A DNA stretch of 64,000 nt from assembly GCA_031835245.2 (NCBI GenBank), contig JAVKOQ020000033.1, forward strand, positions 62,001-126,000. Reading direction: 5' to 3'. Positions within the stretch are counted from its first letter, which is position 1. The number at the start of each line of letters is the position of its first letter. The stretch comes from Balamuthia mandrillaris (lineage: Eukaryota). Both the position numbers and the translations under genes were made by a program. The notes beneath the pieces are model-generated. The model did not search any database, was not told the origin of the DNA, and saw only the letters and a program-made list of their open reading frames with translations. Shown here piece after piece: positions 24,156 through 36,000 of the stretch.

Positions 24156-26669
24156 GAGAGGGGAGATAGAGAAGAAAACATGACGAGAGCAAAGAATGAG
24201 AGAAACGGATGAAAGAAAAGATACACACCCGAATGGCGTTGAAAATCTCTGAAGCGCGAATGGTAAGTTGACGAGCCACCTCGATCTCATCGATGACAAA
24301 GAAGTTGAGCTTGTCGCTCATGGTGCGAGGAATGCGGGGCTGCGGCGGTCGCTCGCTGTATTGCCTGACCTCGTCGGTACCCAAGGTCTTGGCTTCGATG
24401 GACTTGAGAATTTTGGCGGACATGGCGTAGGCGAGGGAGGGACCACTGCCGCCGTCGTTGGCCTGCATTGTCTTGTTCAAAAAGTCGATGAGGGTCTCCA
24501 TGAGCTGATCGTGGAAGTCGTCAAAGAACTCGTCCACCCACACTTTGAAGAGATAGAGTATTCGTCGCTGGATTCGCTCACCGCGCTCTCCCATACCGGC
24601 CTCTTCCGCCTTTACCTTCTTCTTTTCCTCGTTGGCGGCTGCCTCAGCACCCCTGCCTTTGGCTTTGCGGCCAAACTTGAGTTTGGATTTGGAGAGACCA
24701 GATTTGCCTTTGGCTTTATCTGTGCTCTCTTCTTGTGCTTCGGCCTCAGCCACTTCCGGTTTGGAGCACTCATCATATTTGCGAAGCAGGCGGCGGAGCA
24801 CAAGTTCGGAGGAGGAGAAAGCATGGTGCGTGGAGAGAAACGCTTTTGTGAACTCGGGCTCTGTTTGTAAAAGAGGATACAATGAGTAACCAAACAAGAG
24901 GAAAAAGAACAAGAGCAAGAGGAGAAAGAAGGAACAAAGACAAAGCCGAAGGAAAGCGGGCTTCATTACCATAATAGTCTGTCTCAACGAGATGGGCAAG
25001 CATTGCATTGAGACTGCCCGCCTTGATTTCTTTCGGATTCTCGTCCTCGAAAAGAATGTTGGGCGAACCATCCCGCAGCTGAGCACCTTTTTCGTCTTCA
25101 TCCTCGACATCATCTCCCAAGTCTTCCGACTTGTCCGTCCGCACCAATTCCATAACCTCTTCCACTATTTTCGTATAAGAAGCAAGAAGAGAGGGAAGGT
25201 GAGTTCTTCCTTTTCGCTCAATCTTTAGCGTTAGTACGGTACCTGAGGAAGCAATGCCTTGCTTGACAAGAAGTAGCCGAGCGTAAGCATCTACGTTCTG
25301 AGCATGAAGCGATATTGTCATATCCAGCACCACCACTTTTAACAAAAGATACTAAGGTTTTACGAATGCAAAAAACAAAAAAAAAAACCAAGAAGCAACG
25401 CACCAGCAGTAGAAGACTTCTTATAGTAAACATCGTATTGCTCTGGAGGAATCTTAACTTTCTCGCATATAGTCTTCTTTGCCTCCGCGACACTGGACAT
25501 GAAGTCGATGGGGAAGTGGGTGTAGATGGGCGTGTTGCCACCGCTCAACAAGCGCGACTCCCTCCGACTGAACGTGCCAAAACGACCAGAGTCGTTGCCC
25601 GTCGCGTTTGGTTTTTCGTGATAGACCATTACCATGATTGGCTTGCAGCGCAACATATAACGCAGCACATCCTATAATAAATGAATGAAAAGGTAAGGTC
25701 GTTCCTCAAACGCAGAGAGAGAGAGAGAGAGAGAGAAAGCGAGAGCCAAACCTCAGGATGGAACTTGTAGTAGTTGAGTTTCTTGTCCTCAGCCAACCAG
25801 AAACTAGAACCAAGGTCAGCCGGTGCCTCCACTTCAGAACGACGCCTCAAGCGTGAGAGGTTGAATTCGCCAGATCCTTCGTCGATGCTCTTTGACTTCG
25901 TGCGTTCCTCGCTGGTCGAGGCGTTGGGGTTGGTCTCCAGGAAGAGACCGTAGTTAGTGTAGTTGGGCATTTCTGACTCGGGAAGGATTTTGGTGGCAAT
26001 GTCTTTGAGAATGTCTGAGATCTTTCTGTTAGGGTCGAATTGCATGTACTCTGAAGCATCTTGAGAGAGAAGCTTCACTTGGACTCCCATCATCTTCATC
26101 TTCAATTCAAGAATGTCCTGTTGTTTTTTTTTTAATTTTTTTCTGGTGTGAGAGGATGGAAGAAGAGGCAAAACTAAAGAAGCTTTCTTTATAGATAGGA
26201 TTTACGAACCTGAGTATTGTACAATCCTTCATAGGCGATAAGAGACTCGGTATCTTCCAACCATTCTCCTTCTTCTTGAGAGTTAGCTGGTGTTGGTTCT
26301 GGTTGTGCATTTCGCTTTGATTTGCCTGTTCAAGTTTATTTTGTTGGTCAGAGAAGAAAATGAAGAAAGAAAAACCAACAAACTTCTGGTACCCTTTTTC
26401 TTGTCTTTTGATTTTTCTGCGGCAGTGTTCGTTTGCCGGTGCCAATAAAGTCCCCAATCGTACTCATCCCAAGCAGACACATGAGGGAACCGTTGCCGCA
26501 CTGCAGCAACAGCATCTGCACAACTGCTGTGCGGATCAAAGCGCATCTTTGTGATAGTCAGAGTATTAATTACATCGGTAGCATTACATGTTATCTTCAA
26601 TATCCACGGTTTTATCTTGTACTCAGCAGTGACCTGGAATTTTAGAAAAAGGGTAGTTTAAATAATTGG

Positions 26670-26704
<35 letters not shown>

Positions 26705-29700
26705 AAATGGTAACAGATGTACCTGTCCCTTGAGGTCATAGGCACCCAAGGACTTATGAGGCTCCGGCCAAAGTCCATCAGCGTTATTGTCTGTGGGAAG
26801 CACAAACAATCCCCAATCAAACTTAGCTTTCTTGAGTTGTGGATATTGAGCTATATTCAAACGAATTGGTGAAGAATGAAAAACAAGCAAAGGTTGTCAG
26901 TATCCTAACAAAAGCAAAAACAAAACAAACAAAAACAACATCAGAAAGAGGGAGTTGATTGTACATTTGACTTTGTTGATGATATCGTTGACGTTTTGGT
27001 TGAGTTCAAAGGGAACAACGAGGTAACCAGCGTTCGTATCATAAGATATCTCCTTAAGATCCGTGCCTTGCGTAACAACAGTGATACGGAAATAGTTTTC
27101 GAATGGATGTCTAATAAAAATACATTGATTAATACGATAAATTTCGAAGTGGTCTTGAGGATAATACAGTGTACGTACTTTTCTGATTCATTTTCGAAGA
27201 ATTCAGAGTCTTCTTCGCCGTCGCTCGTCGCAGAGCTGTCCTCCGTTCCCAATCCAAGACTCCATGTCTCTTCGTCGTTGTCGCTTTCGGTAATAGAGCT
27301 GTCGCCAGTAAGATCCCACCCCTCGTCTTCATCTGCATTCAATTTTGAGAGAAAATAGGCAGCAAGCAGTTAATAATCCAAAAAAAAATAGTAATAGCAG
27401 TGACAAACCTCCGCTTGCACCAGCAGCAGACTTGGCCAAGGCAACACGGCCAAGAACTGAGCTCGATCCTCTCTTCTTTTTTGGTATGCCGGGAGAGGTG
27501 GGAGTGGAGCCGGATTGAACGGCGGAAAAACTGGCGAGGGAGGACTTCTGTTCCGCCGACTTGGACTTGGTGGCCAGTTCGAGTTTGGAATAGGAGGAAG
27601 AGCGAACACGAGGAGATATGATGCTGCCTTTCTTCTTTCCGGGGATTTTTGGCGAGCTCTCTCCTTTAACAAAAAAAATTAAAAAGACGAATAAGGAAAG
27701 ATAGCAGATGTGGCGACATACCTCCCGTTGGCGATTCAAGGTTCATTGCTTTAACGGCAACAATGTTCAGAGGAGGCTTTGACCTCTTTGTTTTCTTTTT
27801 GGAGGGAGCCTTTGGCTTCATTTTTTTCTGCTTCATCTCAATGTCGTGTTCTTCCTTGTCTTCGTCCATAGCCTCCTTGAAACTGTCTATTTCTTGCTGA
27901 ATTTTTTCCAAATAACTCTTCCTCACTTCTTCATTGCCATCCACCCCCTCGCTCGAAGCCGCAGAGCAAACTTTTTCCAACCCCTAGAAAACAGGTAAAA
28001 GAGTTAGGGAACATACAGAAACGATAAGCGAGGAAGCGGCAGGCAAGAGAGGGAGAAGGAGAGAGAAAGAGAGAAGAGAAGAGAAGAGAAGAGAGAAAAG
28101 AAAAGAGAAAAGAGAACCTCTAGTTTCTGCAACAGGTTGGCTCTCAAGAACCCTTTGCGTATTTGCACCCGTGTGTTGAGGTGCTCAGTCGTGTTCACGA
28201 TAACATTAATCAATTTTAGAGTATGCCACCTGAGAGAATACCGAGCCTTTTCGGAGCTGCGCGGAGACAAAGACCTGGGGGTCAACGCAAGATCTTTGGC
28301 CAATGCTTTATTCTCGTTGGTGCTTGTTTTGTCTGCTGAAGAAGCTTTCTCTTTGTGTTCTGGCATGCTTGACGTCTTTAAGCCGGAGCCGCTGGTGCTG
28401 GCAGCGGCAGCCTGCTTTTGATCCTCTTCTACCACGTCCAGGTCTTGCTCTGTAGGGTTGCCGAGGAAATTGACCAACATCTGGAAACAAAGACGGAAGC
28501 GGCCACGTTTCTTGGCAGCCAACTCTGTAGGCGAGGAGAGTTGCGCGCCAACCCTCTCTGCCAAAGTTTCTGTGAGTCGCTCGATGCCTTCCAACACTTT
28601 TCTGGGACCAATGGGCCGAACTTTTCCGATTTCTATCAACAACTTGAGGGCCGCCTTTTTCAAGCGAGGAGAAGCCCATGGAACCATAGATAGCGAGATG
28701 GGGAGACAGCAGTCAGGTTGCTCCATCACGTCCCGCAGACGAACTTTCAGGATGATCTTAATGCACCGCAGGGACTCGAGTTGCAGGGCTTGCTGCTCGC
28801 CCGATATCATGGTACCCGCGTTCTTCTTCAGCAGGTCCAGCAGCCTTGTGATGCCTTGGTTGGTAACGAACTGGTCCATCCAAATGTAATTCTGGCTCAT
28901 GAGCATCACGCGGAGGATGGTCACCTCCCTGGTATCAATAACGTCCGCTGCCAACATTTTGGGAAAATATTCTGGTGGCTGAATGGAGGAAGGTTTCTTG
29001 CCCTGTATAACAGAAAAACGGATAAGATGTCAAATTTTACAACATAACAGAGGGGGAAAAAAAGGTGATCGTGTGAGCGTACAGTAGCTTTAGAGATAGT
29101 GTCCATTAGAGCAGCAGTACGGGGAGTTGTAGACAATTCGTCCGAGTTGGGAAGAACAGGAGGTGGAGGAGGAAGACGCAAAGTGCCGTAACGCAGCTTA
29201 GTGACGTCTTTTCCAGCTTTATCTCCGTCTGGTGGACTGGTGCCAGGCTTCTCCTCATCGCTGGTTTTTGTGGATTCGTCTGTCTCCTCCTTTTTCGTCT
29301 TTCTCATCGTGCCAAAGAGGCCTTTCTTTTTCTTGCCTTTGCCTTCGCCCAAGGTTCCCGTTCGGAATCGGCGTGGGGCTGTCTGCTCCAAATCTTTCTC
29401 CAGCTCCATCAACTTGCCTATTTCTTGTTGTATTTCGTTGTCGATGTCTACACCAGGAGAGTTCTCGGCCTTTGCTTTGGGCGTTTTCGACTCGAAAAGG
29501 TCTTCTTCCAACATTGTGAGGTCGTCCTTTGGTCGCTCATCCTTTTCGTTTTCCTTTTGCTTGTCTTTCTCTTTGTCTTTACTCTTTCCCTTGCCTTTGC
29601 TTTTTTCTTTCTGCTTTTCTTCTTCCTGCTTTTCTTCTTTCTTTTTCTTGGGGGTCTCTTCTTTCTTTTCTTTGGGCTCCTGCGGTGGTGAAGTGGGTTC

Positions 29701-30217
29701 CTTTGTATCAGACGAACCTTTGGATTTCTTTGGTTGAGCAGGAGGTGAGTCTGGATCATCCTTAGACATCCATTCCTCGGGTAATTCTGCGATCTTTCTC
29801 TCACGGGATTGAGAGACTCCGGTGCTTGCTCTCCCTGGAAATAAATAAAATGAACAAAACAACCAATAAACGAAAATAAAATAAAGATTAGAGAGTACCT
29901 CTGAGTTTCAATCTTGCAAGACGCCTGGCGCGGAGCTGTTCTTCTACAGTTTCTGCCAAATTCAGGACATCCTCCTCTTCAGGACGGAGAAACTCCTCGC
30001 CAGGTTCGGATGACGACGCTGGTGCCGACACGGATGTGCTGACTTCATACTCCTTGGCTCGTCCAGAAAATAGTGTTTTGGTGTCCAGTTTGTCAGAATT
30101 GTTCGAGACAGCAAAGGAGCTGTTACTTCGGGCCAGCCGTTTCTTAGGAGAGAGTTTAGGATCGGCCGAGCCTTTGACCAGAGCTGCAAAGGGGGTGATC
30201 AATATAATGTAACTCAT

Positions 30218-30253
<36 letters not shown>

Positions 30254-31474
30254 AATACCAAGTGAGCCACTTTTAGCGATTATTTCCTGGCTACTAGCGT
30301 CCAAAGGATTGTCCTCCAAGGTTAGGCTCTCTAATGCCGGGAAGCCTTGAGTCCATTGCTTAGTTGGTATTTCCAGAATTTGATTTTCGTGAAGGAACAA
30401 TTTCTTTAGCTTTGGAAGCTGAAGAGATGAATTAAAAAGGTAAGAATTTGAAAGTTTGCACAGAGAGAGAGAGAGAGAGAGAGGAAAGACCTTGTGCAAC
30501 TTGACCACGCGGACGAGTTTGTTATGGTCTAAATGTATTTCCTCCAACGCTTGCAAATTCGTTAAGCCTTTTGGAAGCGCTTTGATCTGGTTGTTGCTGA
30601 GTTTGAGGATGCGAAGCGACCGAAGCTCGCAGATTGAGCTCGGCAAAGACGAGAGGCTATTGTTGTTAGCTTGAAAAGTCTTCATAAAAACAAAGTTTGA
30701 AAAAACTGCTTCATCGGTACAGAGCGAGGTAAGAGCATTGTTGGAAATATTAAGAGTCACCAGTTGCTGTTCGTAGTTTGAGATAGATGAAACGTGAGGA
30801 AAGAGATAGGGAAAATAGAGAAAATAGAGAATACGGAGGAAAGAAGAAGTGTTGAAGAACAAACCGTTAAGGCCCCAATTTCAGCAGGAACTGCACTTAT
30901 GTGCGTGTTTGCAAGATTAAGGTGAGTCAACGAAGAAAGCTGCCATATTTGCTTCGGGATCTCTCCGTTGGCCAAGGCATTACCCTCGAGACTGAGGGTA
31001 CTAAGAGAGGCAAGAGCCTCAATTCCACAGTTTTCAGGAAAAGCGGCCACCTCGTTGTCTTTCAGATCAAGCGTTCGGAGATGCGGGAACATGGCGTCGA
31101 GATGTCTTTGTGTCATACGTCGGTTAGCAAAAGAACCAACTTATTGAAAGAGAGCAGAAAGAAGAGAAGAGAGGGGAGGAGAGGAGAAAAAAAAAGAGGA
31201 GAACGGGCGTGTCATACTTGGGTAGCGTAGTTATTTCGTTTGAGGAGAGAGTAAGGTGATGGAGTTGCCATTTTGTGAACGAGTAGGCCAGTTCAGGGGG
31301 TATGGCCTTCAGGCTGCATGACAAGAGGCTGAGGGAGGTCAACTGCGGCAACTGGGAGGAGACCTTCTTGATGTGTGCGGCCTGGATCTTTTTCTTGGGG
31401 TTGCTAACCTTGAGCAAAGTGCCCAAGGAGGCATTCTGGCTGTCCTCCACAAGCTTGCTGAGGTCGCTCCCCAT
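23224..31474 (-). CDS. Multidomain RasGEF: LRR + formin-type GBD/FH3 + tandem talin-F0-like ubiquitin folds + REM + CDC25 (many exons)
   Basis: LRRs (LTSLSLLSCSLKAIP, LRILKLSNNQIKALP) and GBD/FH3-like LRVMLMSQNYIWMDQFVTNQGITRLLDLL...QLESLRCIKII. REM IKAGSLNAMLAHL...FTKAFLSTHHAF and CDC25 EVARQLT...ELNNFHLLQAFMAGFSNSAVLRLKWT...PAIPY...DLTFIEDGN...LINFQK...SLKVEPR. Confidence 0.9.
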
Positions 31475-32159
31475 TCTTCTTCCTCGAGAGCGGTGTCCAA
31501 AAAGTAGCAGAAAAAAAAATACAACGACAAGGATGACAACAGGTTCACGATGGTCACGGAAGCAGCACCGGGCAATCAATCAGCAGCACTCTTGCGGTCC
31601 CGTTTGTTCCGAGGAAAAACAAAAACGTTCCTCCGTTTGTTAAAAAAAAAGAAAACACGGTTTGCGTGTGTGTTGCCGATCCCAACCACCAGCAGTTTTC
31701 TGCTACTTTTTTCTCCTGGCCGCTTTCTCAAAATAAAAATAAAAATAAAAAATGGTGCTGGTGATTAAAAAAATAAAGAGAACACACCTCGCTCTGCTGC
31801 TACTACTTCTTCAACCCTCCTCCTCCTCCACAAAACAAGCAGCAGCCAGTGGCACTCTTTGTGCTCCGTTCTTGTTGTTCTCTCTCCAAATTATTTTTTT
31901 ATTTGTTTTTTTTTTGTTTCGATTTTTTTTTTGATTTGATTGCAGTATTTTTTTTCGCAGATGCGGTGGTGGATGCACCGCAGCAAAAAGGGACGAAATT
32001 ATTAAAGGTCTAGGTTACACCCCTTTATTGGGGAGATGCGAACGGGGCCGCGCTCACAAAGACGACACGGGCCGACCTTGCGGACCAGAAAAAATAGAAT
32101 AAAGATATAGCGCCGCTGAACCAGCTATAAAATATATCTACGAGAGACAAAGGAGAAAA

Positions 32160-32359
32160 AATAGAGAGAAGCAACGACAGCAGCTCAGGCCTGCGATCTA
32201 CAGCCCAGAATGGCTCTGTTGATCATGTCGTTGCCACACCAACAACCGGAGTTAGTAGATTACGTTACGTCACATTTTCCTTATGGGGTAGTGGATGATG
32301 CATCGTTTCCCTTACAAGGACACTCTACGATCGTGTCCGTAAAATCCTTTTTTTTTTTT
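32160..32359. ncRNA. Candidate structured non-coding RNA (unassigned family)
   Basis: 9-bp stem GCAACGACA/TGTCGTTGC closing a three-way junction (32171-32234), two further hairpins, a TATA-like run at 32126 and a long T-run at 32348-32359. Matches no family I can recognise. Confidence 0.3.
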
Positions 32360-33016
32360 ATGAAAGTTAAAAGCACAATAAACCAATGACGGAAAAAAAA
32401 TTTCTCAGCTGAGAGGGCTCACATTCTCCTCTTTGTCCCTCTCTCGTTCTTGTCTCCCCCAATAAAAAAACAAGCAACAAATTAAAAGCCTCAAAATACG
32501 GGGCACACAGAAAAAAAAGCGGCAAAAAAAAAAAAAGAAAGGAAGAACGGGCGAAGTGTGGCGGCCAAGCATACACCAAAAGCAAATAAAAAAAGAGTAC
32601 AAATAATAATAATAAAGCCGCCACCCTTTTTTCTTTTCGTTAAAAGCCCTGTGGTGAGTCTTGTTTCACTTTTCTCTCTTTCTCTTTCTGCTTCTCTGAC
32701 CGCTTTTTCTTTTTCGTTTTTTTTTCTAAACTAAAGATTCGTTTTGATTCTTGGGGGTTTTGCTCCCAATCTTCTAGCTGGGAGTTACATTTTTTTTTTG
32801 TGTGTGTGTTGTGCTGTTACTTCACCACCTGACAACTCTGGCAGGTATTTGTTTCCCCGTTACTTTGCTTTCTTTCTTTGTGTGCAAAGTATAACATTTT
32901 TTTTTTACGATGTCTCCTTTCGCTACTCCTTCTGCACCTTTTTTTAATTGTTTTTTTTTGAGCTTTCAAGATTTTTTTTGCTTAACATTTCCCTATGTGA
33001 GCAGCGGTTTATCAGG

Positions 33017-36000
33017 ATGAGTAGGATTAATGGCACAGACAGAACCAGCGAGTTAAGGCGGGAAAGAAGTGAGCGGCGAAAGAGTTGGCTATTTGGTGGC
33101 GGAAAGAAGAAAGAAGGAGACTCGGGAGGCACCGAGGAAGAACCACAATCCCCAACATCCTCCTCGCCTCCAGAAGACTCCTCATCGCGCAGGTCTTCAC
33201 GAAGGACGGGCAGTACTGTCAGATCTCCTCGGGACACTTCTACTCTCTCCCCGGAGAGCTCTCCCAGTCTACATCAACGAAGCAAATCTCAGCGCAACTT
33301 TCGGCCGCGAGAGGCAACAGGACCGCCGGCACCAACCGAGTATGAAAGCAGGAGAGAAAGAAGAGAGAGAGAAAGGATGAGGGCTACCACCAGCGCTGGG
33401 ACGCGGAGCGAAACACGGTTGAGAGATAGTGGGGACAGTGGGTCAAGCATCGAAAGCAGTTCTACAGGAGCAGCGAACGAGTCTTCGTCTACAACAACAA
33501 CAGAGCAAAATAATGATGAGGAAATCAGTGACGTAGAAAAAAGAAGAAGGGCAAGAGAGGAAAGACGACGAAAGAGACTGGGTCTGGATAGTCCTCCGCG
33601 GACAACAGTAACAAGCCCAAGAGAAGATGAAAGGAAAAAGGAGGAAGAAAGGAAGAGAAGGGAAGAAGATGAGAGAAAGAAGAGAGATGAAGAGCGAAGA
33701 AAAAAGGAAGAGGAAGAAGAAAGAAAGAAAAAGGAAGAAGAAAAAAGGAGGGCGGAAGAGGAAAAGAAACTACAAGACGAGATAGAACGAAAGAAGAAAG
33801 AAGAGGAGCAAAAGATAGAGGAAGAACCAAAGAAAAACGAAGTAGGCGAGGTCAACAACACCTCAAACGATGGAGATGACAAGCTTCGCAGAGAAAGAAA
33901 TAGAGAGGAGAGACAGAGATTTAGACTGGCCGAAGCTGGTAAGGGCCTGAGCCAAAAGTCTACCCTAAGAAATGAGCTTGAGCGGGAAAGAGAAAGAGTA
34001 CTTAGAGAACAAGAAAGGGAGAGGCTGATAAAAGAACAAGAACAAAGGCTACGGGAGAAGGAAAAAGAGAAAGAAAAATCATCAAACAGCGGCATTTTCA
34101 GCAGGATAAAGTCGGACAAAGAAAAAAAGAAGGAGAAGAAGCTGCGAGAGAAAGAGGAAAAGAAACAGAAAAAGTTGCAACAAAAAGAAGACAAGCAAAG
34201 AAGGAGAAAAGGATCTGAGATAGGCTCTCCTGGCCTCGACAGAAAGGACCCGGACTCCCCAAGAAGTACAGAAGGATCAACATCAACACCTACAACACCT
34301 ACCATTACAACGACGCCGGCAGAAGGTCAAGACGCCAATGCTGAAGCTAGGCCTAAACCTAAAAGTATTCTTGTGGCCAAGGACGGAGAAGATGCCAAAA
34401 AGCTACGGCGACAGGTCTCAAATAAACGCGTGCTGATGCAGCGTCAAGCCAGCGTGAAGCGGGTTGGAGGTCGCGGCGCCAATGCTGCCGGTGATGATGC
34501 TGCAAAAGTGATGCGAAGAACTATTAGTCGCAAACGAATGGTGGCTGGAGAGGGTAGTGCTGCAGCAGGAGCCCTCGGTGGCGGAGCGCGAGGCGGTGAT
34601 CGCAATACGGAAGCCAAACGGGCACAGTTCAGACAGCAATTCAGCTTGTATGGCATTAGCGTTACCCACATTAAGCAAAGACACGGCTTGCAGTTTGTGT
34701 CTGGTTTCAACCCTTTGCCCCCTCCTCGTGCTGGGGGTAAAGGAGGAGAAGCTGCCGCTGGCTCTTCTGCGGCTGCCAACAAGTCCTCTTTGTTGTTGGA
34801 CCCCAAGAGACAATTGACCCGACCTCCTTCTCAGAGCTCGATGACCATTGGACGATTGGCAGGTCGACTGTTGAACGAGCCTCCTCCAGGACATGTAGCT
34901 CCGGACAATAAGAACTTCACCAAAGCCATGGTGGCTCGCCCTGCTGGGCTGGAACGGACTATCTCCTTCATCAACAGAGCGAAAATGCAAAGAAGCGTCG
35001 GCCAACAGCTTATCCCAGCTCATAAGCAAGGCATGTTGGAGAGCATGAAGGCCAACAGGTTCTGGTTCAGCACCATAAACTTTCAAAAAGACAGAGAGGA
35101 GAGCGTGCGAAAATCATCTGTAGACTCTGTGGAGTCTCAGCTGACCATGAAGTGGGATGACTTTATGAAGTCTCTTCCCAGCGTGCAGCACCACTACAAG
35201 ACGGTGAGGGAAGACCTGGATGAGAAGGGAGTCAAGGACCTGGAAGACCGAGGTGCCAAGATCGTTTCGGCCCTCAAATTTTTGGGCAGCAACAAGGGAG
35301 AAGGAGAGAAAAAAGATGGTTCGGAAGTCGCTGCTACTCCTGCTCCTACTTCAAGCGATGCAAGCACCGAGGACAAGAAAGAGGAAAAACAAAAAGAACC
35401 AGAAGATGAGTATAGCGATCTCAAGGCTGTGGTACATAAAGTGGTGGTACCGAGCTACTTGAAGGGTTTCACAGGATTGGAATATATTGAAGAGGAAAAG
35501 AAGAAGACCATGGGCGAATCCAGACAAAAGAAATACGCGATTGACTTTATCACCCATGCCAACCCCAACATCGCAGAGGATGCTCAGTACGACATGCTGT
35601 TTGGAGAGTGCGCGGCGGAAGAGCCAGGGATATATATTTGGAGGATGGAATACTTCATGCCGTTGGAAATCCCGAAGAAGGAGTATCCACACGTGAAGAA
35701 ACCCGATGCCGAAGACTCTAGCGATGATGAACTGGAGGAAAGGGGTGGAGTTCCCTTGATCGAGTGGAGAAAAGTAGACAAAAAGAAAGTCAGTCCCGCT
35801 GTCTTTTACTCGGAGGATTGCTACCTTATCCTCCACATTACTGCCCGAGATCGTTCCAAAAAGTTTACAATCTTCACATGGTATTCTCCTCCTCTCTTTC
35901 TCTGTCCTTTCTCCTGCACTCCACCACATTCCCCCTCTTCCTCTTTTTCTGTCTGCATGTTCATTATCTTATTTTTTTACTTGCTCTATCTAGGCTGGGC

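Noticed and set aside
32171..32234. Hammerhead ribozyme or C/D snoRNA reading of the three-way junction
   Set aside because: No CUGANGA/GAAA core. The ATGATCA and CTGA boxes on the minus strand are imperfect and wrongly spaced from the terminal stem.
33085..35929. Long antisense and alternative-frame ORFs over the gelsolin-like first exon (also over CWC25 and the RasGEF)
   Set aside because: Shadow ORFs caused by purine-biased coding sequence, with no motifs.
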